From Felis catus (taxonomy: Eukaryota): 64,000 nt of DNA. The notes under the pieces were generated by a model. It was not told the origin of the DNA. It made no database searches and saw nothing but the letters and a program-made list of their open reading frames with translations. Numbering within the stretch: the first letter of the stretch is position 1; the number at the start of each line of letters is the position of its first letter. Both the position numbers and the translations under genes were made by a program. Where the stretch lies: assembly GCF_018350175.1 (NCBI RefSeq), contig NC_058375.1, positions 136,524,001 through 136,588,000 of the forward strand, given 5' to 3'. Positions 12,954 to 25,524 of this stretch are shown in pieces.

Positions 12954-13726
12954 TCATCATGATACAAATTTTAGAAATACTCAACTTTCTAACACCTAGA
13001 ATACAGGATAGAGGGTGGTCTCTAGAACTTAAGCCCTTCTTCTTCTATAAGCAAATATAATACTCACTTTGTATTAAACAATGTAGCGTCTTCTAGCCCC
13101 TTGATTAATTTGGGCAACTGTCTTACAGATCTCATTCCTCTCATTTTTGACTTTCATGTTGTTAAACTATAATGCCGTTAACATCTATTTCAAGTAATCT
13201 CCCTTCCTTGGTGATTGATGTTAGATACAACAATTATGATGCCAATGCTGGGAATAATTCTTCACAGATGTTGTCAAATTATAGGTTAAATGGGTGAAAG
13301 GGGTTTCCTTCTTCCGGCCACCCACTCTCCATTCCCTTGAAATAGGTGAATGGTGCCGTGAATCCTGTGCTGTAGGTATGCCAATTCCCCATCCTGTCGC
13401 TCATCTGGTTTAAATGACTTCCATTTGCTATTTCAAAGAATGACAGAATGTTATGTACCGAGTGCTTTGCAGGTAACAAAATGCAGTCATCCAGCCTCGA
13501 ATTTTAACTGGCAGAGGGAAATCCATTGGGCCTGGCACAGTCATGCTGATTTTTTCCTTATTATAAAATAACATTTGCCATTAGTAATAAAAAATTAAAT
13601 AATGTGATGACTGTGATTTACTTCAAACTATTACAGAGAAGGAAGGTTGTCCTGAGCTGGCAATTGTTAAGTCTGTGTTATGGATACACTGAGCCTGCTT
13701 CTTGATCTGTTTAACATTACATTAAC

Positions 13727-13757
13727 AACAAAAGCAACAACAACAACAACAACAACA
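13727..13757. repeat. (AAC)n microsatellite
   Basis: Direct reading. Confidence 0.9.
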
Positions 13758-15045
13758 TTAAAAATAAAAGCAGAGTTTATGTTATTTTAACCCTTCATAA
13801 ACCTTTATGTTCTCAGAGGGAGGAAATACAGAAATTCCACAGGTAATTCTCCTTTTGCTTATTTAAAATAATGAAGTCATATTTTCTTGGTCATTCGGTT
13901 TGGACCAGTGGATTATGGCATGCATTCCTTTAGCTTTGCATTTATTTTTGTAAGTGAGTTCATTGCAATTCTCAGCAGGAAAAGAGGGAAGGAGATGAGA
14001 TGAGGGACAGAGGAAAGAAAAGGAAACTTGAGTCGCCAAGTAAACAAGTAAGGTTAGAAAAAGATTTGGGGATTTAAGTTTTAGCCTCACCTAATACCTG
14101 ACAAAATTGTAAGCCAAGAAAATTTTATTTATGTTCGAGCTGAAATTCCTCTACCTGGATAAACTGGGGCTGATTATTTGAAATATTCCCATAGAGGTGT
14201 CAGGAGGCCGTCTTAATAAATGTTGTTCCAGATTGCAAATTTAAAGATGTTCCATTATCTCCCATTGGAGCAGGAATAATGACAAGTATTTTTGCTCTGT
14301 GGCATAAATTATTTTACATACAGTCTCCTTACTCAAGGTAGAAATATTTTAAGTAGCAAATTTCTTTTCTCTCTTTGAACTACAGGTTGTCAAACCTTCA
14401 CCTGCTCCAGTATTTCCAATATATCTTGGCAATATTTCATTGAAGGCATTCCACCCATAAAGTGGTCTATTTTTGTGTGTGTGATCAATCTTTAAAGAGA
14501 ATATTGTTTTCCTTTAAATCACTTGCCAATATCTCAAACTGTAATAATCAGGAAGTATTCTAAATGTCTACTTGAAATCCTTACCACTGAAGTTTAACAT
14601 TATTAATCTTGCATTTTCAAGGCATTTTCACCAATCTTATTTCATCATTATTATTTTTTTAATGACTTAAATATAGTTTTGCTTGTAATAACTTGAGTGA
14701 GTTTAACTATAAGGCTTTCCAGGCAAGAGGCCTAAGGAGTAAAAGAGGAAGACAGAAGTGGAAGAATCCAGGGATATGGGGACTTGACTGATGATTTGAC
14801 CTCTCTCTCCTGAAATGCATACAACCCAGGTTTGACTGTCTTAAAAAGAAGGATAAATCCAAGGTTGGTCAATACCAAGGCAATAGAAGGCAGTACAATT
14901 TTAAAGGGAGGTAGGACAACCGAGGTCTTCAAGCAGTTGTTACACTATACATTTAGTCTGCCCAGTTTGCATTAGTGACTAGGAATATAAAGAAAAAAGG
15001 ACGTGGGTGAGGGGGTGTGGGTATAGGTTCTGAATAGCTAAACAC

Positions 15046-15486
15046 TGTGATAGATCAATTACAAATATGTCCTCAATTCTTCACCTTACCTTGTATCCAC
15101 ATCCTTATGACTTCGCAACTTTTCTCATTGAGCAAGTAGATTCTGTTGTTCCATCCTTTGTAACTGGATTGGCCTAGTAACTTGTTTTGGCTGATGGAAT
15201 GCACACTTCCGTGCTCTGTCTCAGACCTCTGCTAACATGTCGTGTGTAAGCCTAGGCTAATCTGCTCAAGGATGAGAAATAAATGGAGGCAAACTGTGGC
15301 ACCCAGTCCACCCCAGATAGAGCCATTAGCTAAACATAACTGAGAGAGCCAGCAGAGACCAGAACGATTGACCTGCTACGTCCAGTCTCACCTATAGACT
15401 CATGGAATCATAAGTTAAATAAATAGGTGTTGTTTTAAGGCACTAAATTTTAGAATTATTTGTGACACAGCAACCAGTAGCAGATA
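15046..15486 (+). mobile_element. MaLR solo LTR (MLT1E/F/G-like)
   Basis: Starts TGTGATAGATCAATTACAAATATGTCCTCAATTCTTC; ends TGTTGTTTTAAGGCACTAAATTTTAGAATTATTTGTGACACAGCAA. Confidence 0.85.
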
Positions 15487-16206
15487 TTGGGAAGATACAA
15501 ACAACATTTAATAACTAAACAAGTAAATAATACAAATTTAAATAGGAAAAATGGTCCAGATACAATTTTACACCATGGAGCTGGGGGACCTTTCAGACAA
15601 GGTTTCTACGGATGGCCTCTCTGAGTTTGATATCTGAGCAGGAATGTGAATTATGTGGAGTCATTAGCAATGGGGAGTAGATAACCTATATTAAGTGGTC
15701 AGATCAATAATGAGCACTCTATAAATACTCTACCAATATATAGGTTTGATTAACCTATTCCTTGGGTTTTTGAATTACCATGCCAAATATATCCACTGTC
15801 TGCACTCAGAAATCAAAAGTAATATACATTTAAAAATCTACTGACATGCTACACATCTTCAAAAATAACTCATTTTTAAACATGTGAATTAAATATGATT
15901 AAACAGATTTTATCATTCATTCAGAAAACAGATACATATCTATCATTAAGTTACTTCAGATTAGGAAGCCTATTTAGTTTTTAGAATGTAAACAAAACCA
16001 AATAAAATTTTGAAAGACAAAGATAAGAAATACGAGAACAAAATTTGTAATTTGTCTGGAGTTGAGAGAAAGACACAAGTAAAGCAATTAAAATATGTAT
16101 GGTCTCTTTAGAGAGAAAGACATGGTTTTTGGAGTCAAGAAGAAGGGTAGTTCCAACACAGTTAAAGGTCAGTAAGGCTTTCTGTCCAATGTGAAGGCTG
16201 AGCTGA

Positions 16207-16905
16207 ACTTTTTTTTTTCTTTTTCCGTAAAGGAGGTAAAATTCACATAACATAAAATTAATCATTTAAAGTGTGAAATTTAGTGGCAGTTAGTACATTC
16301 ACCATGTAGTACAAGAGTAACTGCTTCTTAGTTCCAAAATATTTTCACCATCCCCATTGAAACCTAGTACCCATTTGTTGGACAAATGCCATCCCTTCCA
16401 CACCCCTGGCCTCTGATAACCATTAATCTGTTCTCTGCCCCTATGGATTTACCTATTTTGGATATTTTGTGTAAATGAGATAATACAATATATGACCTTT
16501 TGTGTAAAAAAACATTAATGTTTATTTATTTTTGAGGGAAAGAGAGACAGAGTGTGAGTTGGGGAGGGGCAGAGAGAAGAGGGAGACATAGAATCCGAAG
16601 CAGGCTCCAGGCTTCCAGCTGTCAGCACAGAGCGGGATGCATGCTTCAAACCCATGAACTGTGAGATCATGACCTGAACTGAAGTCAGACCCTTAACCAA
16701 CCTAGCCACCCAGGTGTCCCTCTAGCATATTTTTAAAATCCATTCCTCTACTCCTGGGTATTGAGTTGTTTCTATGTTTTGGCTATCATGGATAGTGCAG
16801 CTATGAACTTTCACATATCAGGATTTGTTTAAATACCTGTTTTCAATTCTTTGGGGTATAAACTAAGGAATGGAATTGATAGGTCATATCATAATTCCAC
16901 ATTCT
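16207..16905 (-). mobile_element. L1MB-like 3' end fragment, interrupted by a SINE
   Basis: AAAATTCACATAACATAAAATTAATCATTT...TAGTACATTCAC; CATTAATCTGTTCTCTG; GGCTATCATGGATAGTGCAGCTATGAAC. Confidence 0.85.
16507..16720 (-). mobile_element. Can-SINE inside L1
   Basis: GAATCCGAAGCAGGCTCCAGGCT...GCCACCCAGGTGTCCC. Confidence 0.92.
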
Positions 16906-16959
16906 AGATGAATTCTTGATGTGGGTGTTCATAAGTTGAAGAAGATACAAAAAGAGTAT

Positions 16960-17268
16960 GAATGAATATGAGAAGGCATGAGAAAATGCTACTCTTGGGT
17001 ACTTGTATTATCTGGCACAATAGCGCCAAAGGGCAAGTATAAGGGAAAGGTAGATAGATACTAGAAATTTACAGAGGAACTTGATCACAAAGGACCTTAT
17101 GGTTGAAAAACCTTGGATTTCACCCAAAGGAGAAATTTCATGATAAAAATTCCAACTTGGAGATTCAGATCCACCTAGTCTATGAGTTCAAATCCAAATA
17201 AATGCAAGCAGCATAAATCAGACGCAGGTATATAGATCTATGTAGGTTTCTAGGCCTAAATGTGAACA

Positions 17269-17319
<51 letters not shown>

Positions 17320-17630
17320 TCAGTGATGACCTGTGGTGGAGATTAAATTGCAACCAGTTCAGAGAGATATATGATGACTTTTGTAGATTAAAAAGTCACC
17401 ATGACAACAATACAGGTAAAGAATTTTATGGAAGTGATGGACATAAGATAGTACCTGAAGGCCAAAAGAGGGAAAGTTGGTCAGGTGGAATGTGCTGAGA
17501 GCTTCAACAAAGGTAGTGATCATGGGGATTATGTGGAAGAACCATACGGTAGACATTTAAAAGGATGGAAATCATAGTACTGGTTTGCTAGTTGGATTTC
17601 GTGTTTGGGCAAGCAAGGAATATCAAGGAT
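16960..17630 (-). mobile_element. L2 fragments with internal (CA)n at 17267-17315
   Basis: Degenerate L2 antisense motifs (ACAAAGGACCTTATGG, GACATTTAAAAGGATGGAAATC). Confidence 0.55.
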
Positions 17631-17987
17631 GACTTCTTATTTACACATTGAAATGCTACAGAGACACTTTGTGAATAGTTTCAGTAAGCCTACATTGGGA
17701 AAGCCAGCATAAAGATTATAGTCCATAAAAAAAAAATCTATGAAAAGGAAATAAACAAATAGCTTCTTTTTTCCTCATAGATAACTTGGAAGACTCTTTC
17801 CAAAACTGTTAGAGATACTTTGGGGAGTGCCTACATTATTCCTTTCGACAAGCTACAAGTAACTTAGTTCTAGTGTGAGCATATAAGTAAGTATATCATA
17901 GTCTAGGTTTTTTTAGTACCATTCTGTGCTCAGAGGGGGAAAAAAAGGCAGAGGTAAACAATGTCTTTCAAATTAAGTGTAAGTTTA

Positions 17988-18195
17988 CCCGGGGTTTCTC
18001 GATGCTTGGCACTATTAATATTTTGGAACAGATAATTCTTTGTTGTGAGGGAATTACCTGCTGAGCATTGTAGGATGTTTAGAAGTATCCCTGGCCTCCA
18101 CTCACTGGAAGCCCCTTCAAGTTGTGACATTCAAAAATGTCTTAGATATTGTCAAACATCCCATGGGGTGTAAAGTCATCCTGGGTTGAGAATCT
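17988..18195 (+). mobile_element. MER20 hAT MITE
   Basis: GGTTTCTC..CTTGGCACTATTAATATTTTGGAACAGATAATTCTTTGTTGTG...GTTGTGACA..CAAAAATGTC...GGTTGAGAA. Confidence 0.9.
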
Positions 18196-18420
18196 CTATC
18201 AATCACAAAGTGGTTAAAATGTGAATTGTTCACTTAAGCAAAACTTTTTCCTTTTGGTATACAATATCAATCAGTTAATTTGCAAGATTTGTTCTGTTAT
18301 TTTCTCACATTTGAAATGCTTCAAGTTTATAAGATGATATTATAACTATTGTCAGTATAAACTGTTAACGTGTAGTATCGAGATACATGCTATAGTCATT
18401 CAAAAATCAATCAACGAGTT

Positions 18421-18439
18421 GTGATGATAATGATGAAGG

Positions 18440-18474
<35 letters not shown>
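18421..18474. repeat. (GAT)n microsatellite
   Basis: Direct reading. Confidence 0.95.
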
Positions 18475-18476
<2 letters not shown>

Positions 18477-18984
18477 TTACCTGCTGCTTTCATTGCATTG
18501 TTCTAAGCTCTTTGGAGGATACAAAATAAGTTCCATTTTTTTCAAATAGTTAATAATGTCTTTCAATTGGGCAGTGATGGCCCTGAAATATCTACATAGG
18601 TATTATTTGGATGGTGATTTGCTGGTATGTGGGAATCAGATTTGCTGTAATGTTACCAATATAACAATCAAAATAGTTTTGGGTTTTTTTTTTTTCTGTT
18701 ACTTAATTAGACGTATCTATTTGTACAAGTATTTCTTCTTCCCCTTTCATGACCACTTCTATGTGACTCTACTGGAGTACAGTCTACTGGAATAATGTTG
18801 ATTACACATGAAAACATCGTTTTATTAAATATCAAAATGAGAATGAAAAACAAGGGCAGACTAATTACAGACTACCCCTTAGAAATGTTGGGTCTGAAAA
18901 AAATGTCATGGCTGTTGATTAGAAAATAGTTTGTGGCAGAAGATCAGGGTAAACAACAGTATACGACTGAAAATAATAGGGATG

Positions 18985-19150
18985 GGGGCACCTGGGTGGC
19001 TCAGTCGGTTAAGCGTCCAACTCTTGATTTTGGCTCAGTGGAGAGCCTGGTTGAGATCCTCCCTCTCCGCCTCGGTCTCTGCTCCTCCTCTGCCCTTGCT
19101 CTTTTGCTCTCTCTCTGTGACAATAAATAAATAAACTTTAAGGCAAAAAA
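18985..19150 (+). mobile_element. Can-SINE with internal deletion
   Basis: GGGGCACCTGGGTGGCTCAGTCGGTTAAGCG head and AATAAATAAA tail, but the central segment after GGCTCAG is missing. Confidence 0.88.
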
Positions 19151-19329
19151 AAGAACAGGGACTATCTGTATAATAATTTGAGATTAGCTGATGAAGCTGA
19201 TAGAACTTCTTTAACATGATACCGTTTGACCAAATAGCTCAAATCCTGAACCATGGAGTTTACATTTAAATTCCCACATCATTGTATGGTCACATTAATA
19301 TGAAAGCTTATCTTATACTTTTGACTATC

Positions 19330-20060
19330 ATTCATTCATTCAAAATAATTTAGCCAGCTCAAGGCAAAGATTGGATTCTATTCATCTTTTAGCCCAGTAT
19401 GTGCTAGATTTTATGCTGAAATAATTGGATCAAGAAGAATATCACATCATAAGACTGAGAATCTCCCAATCCTAAGAAGGAGATAGAAGAATAAACTAAT
19501 AGATATGGGCATATGCAAGTACTACGGATAGTGGAATATTTAGTTTATTTATAAGGAAAAAAAATCAAGATTTCTTGAAAAGTCCATAAAAATTTTGTAA
19601 AAAGTGAAGATATTAAATTAAAGGATAAGTGCAATTTATCCATACAGAACAATAAGGAAAAGGCTTTTGATGGAATAGATACATATGCATATATATGCAG
19701 ATAGGTAAATATGCACCCTGCTTCAAGAAGTTCAAGTAGTCTGGTGTCACTGAAATTAAATATGGAGATTCACAGAAGATGAATATGGAGAAGTTAAGAA
19801 AGCCAGATCATGATGGGCATCAAATGCCAATGGAAGGATTCAAGGCTTTATACCCTGTGGGCAATCGAGTGCTGTTGCAGCAAGGAATGATTTTATGATA
19901 TTTGTGTTTTAGAATGTTAGCCCTTATGCAGTGCCTGAATTTCAAATGGAGGAAGATCAGATGCAGGCCAACTAGCTAGGAGGCTGTTGTACAAGCTCGA
20001 ACAAGAAAGGAAAAGGGCATGAACAAAAGCAATGAGAGTTGGAATGGTCGCATGATCATG
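19330..20060 (-). mobile_element. L2 fragments
   Basis: TCATTCATTCATTCAAAATAAT...; AGCCAGATCATGATGGGC...GGCTTTATACCCTGTGGGCAATCGAG. Confidence 0.65.
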
Positions 20061-20129
20061 AGTGGGTTTGATGAATAAAGTGGAACCATGAAGATCAATG
20101 TGATTTGCAACTGTTGGAGCATGTGAAAT

Positions 20130-20535
20130 AGCACTGTCGCAGAGACTTACTATCTGATCACAAAACCTATCTCCTCCCTTCCTAAACACAAGACCACTTA
20201 GACCTAGATTGAATTTTGCAGTCTCCCTTCCAGTTTTTGGTGGCCTTGTGACTGAGTGCTAGCCAATGGAATCGAAGAATACGTATGTCCCTTCCAGACC
20301 AGGCCCCTGTGATCTTCCACGTTGATTCCCCTATCACAAAGCAGACAGAGGCTATCGTGGTTACACTGGAAGCCATCTATTGAATGCAAGATGTACAAAG
20401 ACTATGTCCCTCAAGTATCACTTGGAAAAAAAAAACTGCCTCAGATTAGGCATGTTTAATTTTGACTTTATATCAGCGAAGCATAAACTTTTGGGTTAGT
20501 TGGTTTGGCCAGCTAACAATACCTTAACTAATATA
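20130..20535 (+). mobile_element. Old MaLR LTR (MLT1I/J-like)
   Basis: GGCCTTGTGACTGAGTGCTAGCCAATGGAAT...GGAAGCCATCTATTGAA...ACCTTAACTAATA. Confidence 0.65.
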
Positions 20536-20663
20536 AAGCCCTATCTGAAGAAAGTTCACCATGATATTACAGTGTTTTTCCTTTCATACTTACCGGAACA
20601 TTTCTGTAGCTATAAGCACCTGTATCTACAGTACAGAAACACAGTAGAAAGAAGTTACATTTC

Positions 20664-21037
20664 CGGCAATCAAAAATAATGAAATCTTGGATTTGCAACT
20701 ACGTGGATGGAACTAGAGGGTATTATGCTAAGTGAAATTAGTCAGAGAAAGACAAATATCATGTGACTTCACTCATGAGGACTTTAAGACACAGAACAGA
20801 TGAACACGAGGGAAGAGAAGCAAAAATAACATAAAAGCAGGGAAGGGGACAAAACATGAGAGACTCAAATATGGAGAACAGAGGGTTACTGGAGGGGTTG
20901 TGGGAGGGGGGATGACTAAATGGGTAAGGGGCATTAAGGAATCTACTCCTGAAATCATTGTTGCACTATGTGCTAACTAATTTGGATGCAAATTAAAAAA
21001 AATAAATTAAAATTATAAAAAAACTCATTTAAAAAAA
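20664..21037 (+). mobile_element. 5'-truncated carnivore/feline L1 3' end
   Basis: TGCAACTACGTGGATGGAACTAGAGGGTATTATGCTAAGTGAAATTAGTCAG; A-rich tail; 18-bp TSD AGAAAGAAGTTACATTTC at 20646-20663 and 21038-21055. Confidence 0.95.
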
Positions 21038-21237
21038 AGAAAGAAGTTACATTTCTATTATAGTTAACCCAACTTTTGTTTAAAAGTGTCCAATATTGAC
21101 TTTGTACGGCAATTACTTAGAAACTGTGTCAAAAAAAAAAAATCTAAGCTCGCTGGTGTACAATAATATAACAAGAAGACTAGGTCTCTGTAACAGTAGA
21201 GCGATGTTCCAAATCTTTGTTTAGATAAAGTCATTTA

Positions 21238-21425
21238 NNNNNNNNNNNNNNNNNNNNNNNNNNNNNNNNNNNNNNNNNNNNNNNNNNNNNNNNNNNNNNN
21301 NNNNNNNNNNNNNNNNNNNNNNNNNNNNNNNNNNNNNNNNNNNNNNNNNNNNNNNNNNNNNNNNNNNNNNNNNNNNNNNNNNNNNNNNNNNNNNNNNNNN
21401 NNNNNNNNNNNNNNNNNNNNNNNNN
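21238..21425. other. Assembly gap
   Basis: Run of N. Confidence 1.
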
Positions 21426-21490
21426 TTTAATACTTAGTCTTGCTTGTTTAAGCACATGGTAAAAATGTAGACAGGTTTTTCATTTGACAG

Positions 21491-21529
21491 AACAATCCTG
21501 ATGGAACAGTGCAGCCTCCACAGGGCTAA
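21491..21529 (+). CDS. Candidate terminal coding exon (NNPDGTVQPPQG*), gene unidentified
   Basis: Acceptor TTTTTCATTTGACAG, short open frame to TAA, followed by a repeat-free AU-rich tract with several AATAAA; no homology recognised. Confidence 0.2.
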   Translation, partial: NNPDGTVQPPQG

Positions 21530-22001
21530 CGCGAAACAACAAAAAAGACAGACACAACTTATTAGGGGAGATAATTTAAGAAATGCTTAGTTCTAAGCCT
21601 TCTCTTAAGTGATGTTATTATTTTGTTTCTTTTTTGACATGGAGTCCTCTTTTTCACCCATGGTAACTTTAATTTTTTACAGGACCTGGGTGTATTCTTA
21701 GCCCTGAAATTAAGATGCTTTTGAGGCAATCCAAGTGCCTGAGATAACACAGAAGCTGTCCTATATTATTTTGCATATACTATATAGCTTGTTTTATTCT
21801 GCATTAGGTTCTTACAAGAGTAATTTCAATTTACCAGTTAGTAGTTTAGATAAAAGCCTCAAATCCTGTGGCCAACCAGGCCTCCAAGGCAGGCATTAGC
21901 TATTTGATAAAACTACTGAAAACACAAGAGGATGTACATCTTTGATTAATGCAAATAATAGGAAATTTTCTCAATAATGTTTGGTCCTGGGCTGCCTCCA
22001 A

Positions 22002-22252
22002 NNNNNNNNNNNNNNNNNNNNNNNNNNNNNNNNNNNNNNNNNNNNNNNNNNNNNNNNNNNNNNNNNNNNNNNNNNNNNNNNNNNNNNNNNNNNNNNNNNN
22101 NNNNNNNNNNNNNNNNNNNNNNNNNNNNNNNNNNNNNNNNNNNNNNNNNNNNNNNNNNNNNNNNNNNNNNNNNNNNNNNNNNNNNNNNNNNNNNNNNNNN
22201 NNNNNNNNNNNNNNNNNNNNNNNNNNNNNNNNNNNNNNNNNNNNNNNNNNNN
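22002..22252. other. Assembly gap
   Basis: Run of N. Confidence 1.
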
Positions 22253-24361
22253 AGGTAACCTTAAGTGGAAGCTCGGGGGTAGTTAGTCGTACCGCTACAC
22301 TGGGCTTTGCAGGGAAAAGTTATCTAAAGTTCCTCTTGGTGCGTTGCTATTAAAAGAATAAAACGGGAAGAGGTGAAATGGAAGCATTAAACTTGTGGGT
22401 ATATGTGTGTGTTTTAATGTCCCGTTTGCATTTGAAAATGCTAACAACAGTACATTTCAAATAAAACAACTCTGGGGTTTCATTTTACATATTCAAAAGT
22501 TGCATTTTGTTTTTGTTTTGTTTTTGTTTTTTGTTTTTGTTTTTGTTTTTGCTTTTGCTCATGGTCCTTATACAATGAAGCTTTTGATCATAGATGCTTT
22601 AAAGAGGCCTGTTACATATAATTTACATTTGGCAACTCAAGGAACTTTTATTTTGATTGACTTGACGTACCAATCTAATCTAAAAACATCCAGTGAAATT
22701 ATTTTTGCTGTTGTATTAACTATCTGAAGGGAAGCTTTCATTTGTAATCTTGTCAAAGTAGTGTGTGAAGTTCTGTTTATAAAAAAAAAAATAAAAAGTG
22801 TTACACTTTTGGAAAGCTGATTTAAACTCACATCTGTGGAGTGAACAACACACATATACACACATATACACTCCAAAAGTCTGGTCAATTCATATCTGGT
22901 AATACCCATTTTTTTTTTTTCTGTCTTATGGGTGGTGGTATCACTTATATACAAAATCCAAAGGGGTCTGGCATCTCCATTAAGGCTGTGAATCTACTAG
23001 CTGTCTCTGAGGTTTGTTTTACCCAAAACATTAAATAAAAAACATTCTCTTTCCTATACAAAATGCTGGAAGCAAATTTGTTCCTATGTATGACAGCCAA
23101 ATCATCCTATTGGCTCTTTAGTAGTTATGATGCATCAGGAGAGGCATGATGTATCTTTGAAGAAGAAAAGGAATAAAAAACCTTCTGGGTGAATCATTGA
23201 AGATATAATAGTTCAAAAATTAAAAGTTTCCTAGGATATCCAGGGTCTGAGAGAACAAACTAAGTCTTCCTTCCAATTAGGTTGTCCCAAGAATGAGTTG
23301 GCATGGGGCATTGAGATCTTTAACTCTTACCCAAATATTCTGAGATCGGGTTTAATTTGTTCAAATGTGTTTGTTCCCTGAAACACAATAATTGTCTTCA
23401 GTTTTAGCCAAAATCTGGGGACAAGGATGGAAAAAGAGAAGTGCAGAGCATGGTATAAAGAATTTTATAAAGTTGTGAATCAACTTCTAAATAGCCTGCA
23501 TAAGATACTCAAACATATTAATGTATTCACCCTAAGACTGTCTATCCTGTAACTCAAAACCTTTTGTCAGGTCTGAGAAATGGTTTGTTTTCTTAACCTG
23601 ATGTTGTTTTAAAGGGCAATACCCAGATGTTCTGGGATTGTGATAAAGAGAGAATTAATGAGTCTGCGTGTCCGACTAGAGCCTACTTACGGATCTGTAC
23701 AGATGCCAATGGTAGGGTGAAATGTGATGTTCCTAGCATAGACGACTCGCAGACATTTTGAGAAAATAATGTTTTAATAAATCTTTCTTTTAAATACATT
23801 TCTTTCTTGTAGTCTACCAACAAACAGACTCAGTCATATTCTGGGATCACTTTAAAAACTAGACCTGTTACTTCTTTTTCTTCATTTATAAAACCTTAAA
23901 GCAATTGCCTCTGTTGATATGAGTTGGGTTTTGCTGTTTTGTTGCTTTAACCTTCAGCTTTACTGTAAGCTGTATAAACTAAAATTATAGATCTCTCTTC
24001 ATTTTCCAAGTTGTTTCCCTCTAAGAAATCCCTTCTGTCTTTTTCCTAAGTAAAAAGACTAAAAATGTGTTTGAATAGAAACTGTAACAATAATGACCTT
24101 GGCTGAAGTTTGGGCTGAGCATGTCACTTGTGAACCATGAGGAAAACTCTACCTAAGGTGAGATGAAGGTCACTAGAGACTTCTGAAAGTGTTTTCAATA
24201 AAGATATTTCATTTTTCTTCTTTATTTTGTCTAATTATTAACATAAGAAATCATGGTATAAACACGTTCTATATCCATTGTCTTTTGACATGTGAAATAT
24301 TGACATTCTCTAGCTTATGGTAGTCTAATCCCTGATTTCTGCCTAAAAACTTGAAATGGTT

Positions 24362-24601
24362 CTATTTTTTATTTATTTTTTTAAAAAAATTTTAATATTT
24401 ATTTACTTTTGAGTGAGAGAGACACACAGAGCATGACTGGGAGAGAGGCAGAGAGAGAGAGACACACACACAGAATCTGAAGCAAGCTCCAGGCTCTGAG
24501 CTGTCAGCACAGAGCCCGACGCAGGGTGCAAACTCACGAACCGTGAGATCGTGACCTGAGCCGAAGTTGGACGCCCAACCGACTGAGCCACCCAGGTGCC
24601 C
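24362..24601 (-). mobile_element. Can-SINE
   Basis: Full body; 12-bp TSD CTTGAAATGGTT at 24350-24361 and 24602-24613. Confidence 0.95.
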
Positions 24602-24638
24602 CTTGAAATGGTTTTATTGAGTTAGGTTTCTCTCTAGC

Positions 24639-24749
24639 TACAGTTTGTATATAAATCTCACTTATAACAATATATACAATATATAACAATATATACAGTT
24701 TGTATATAAATCTATATACAGTTTGTATATAAATCTCACTTATAACAAT
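24639..24749. repeat. Local tandem duplication (TACAGTTTGTATATAAATCT x3)
   Basis: Three copies of the 20-mer; two of them extend with CACTTATAACAAT. Confidence 0.9.
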
Positions 24750-25176
24750 GGAGCAGTGTATGTAAATTACTATACATATAGGTGAGACTCTGCCTCACAG
24801 AATTAATGTGTTGGTTTAGAAATTACAATGTATATCACGTCTCTTATCCTGTAGATCATAATAATTTTATAGTTCAATTAACTAATCCCAACCTAGTGAC
24901 TATATTCACCTGAAGGTGCTCTCTTTTATTCATATCCACCCATCTACTTTAGGAAAACATGAAGGCCCATACATTTAACTATTTGATGGCCTGTCTTCTT
25001 TAGGCCTATCACTTTTCCTTAAGTACTCATGAATGTGTTCAGCAAAAATTATTATAGAAATTCTAGATATTTAATATAGAGTATTTTTTAAAATGAGGCT
25101 TGGAAGTATGTGAGGTCAAAAAGAGGGAAATCAAGAATTTTAGCACCTGTACTGATGTTTTTAAAGGAGCTGTTTA

Positions 25177-25397
25177 GGGGTGCCTGGGTGGCTCAGTGGG
25201 TTGAGCATCCCACTTCGGCTCAGGTCATGATCTCACGGTTCATGAGTTCGAGCCCCACGTCGGGCCCTGAGCAGGCAGGTCAGAGCCTGGAGCCTGCTTC
25301 GGATTCTGTGTCTCCCTCCCTTTCTGCCCCTCTCTCGCTGTGCTCTCTCTCTCTCTTGCTCTCTCAAAAATAAATGAACATTAAAAAAAATTTTTTT
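25177..25397 (+). mobile_element. Can-SINE
   Basis: TSD AAAGGAGCTGTTTA at 25163-25176 and 25398-25411. Confidence 0.95.
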
Positions 25398-25471
25398 AAA
25401 GGAGCTGTTTAAGTGATTTTCATTTCTGAAACAGAGCAGTTTTGTATTCATTGCTGATAAGCACTTTTATT

Positions 25472-25474
<3 letters not shown>

Positions 25475-25522
<48 letters not shown>
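25475..25522. repeat. (GT)n microsatellite
   Basis: Direct reading. Confidence 0.95.
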
Positions 25523-25524
<2 letters not shown>

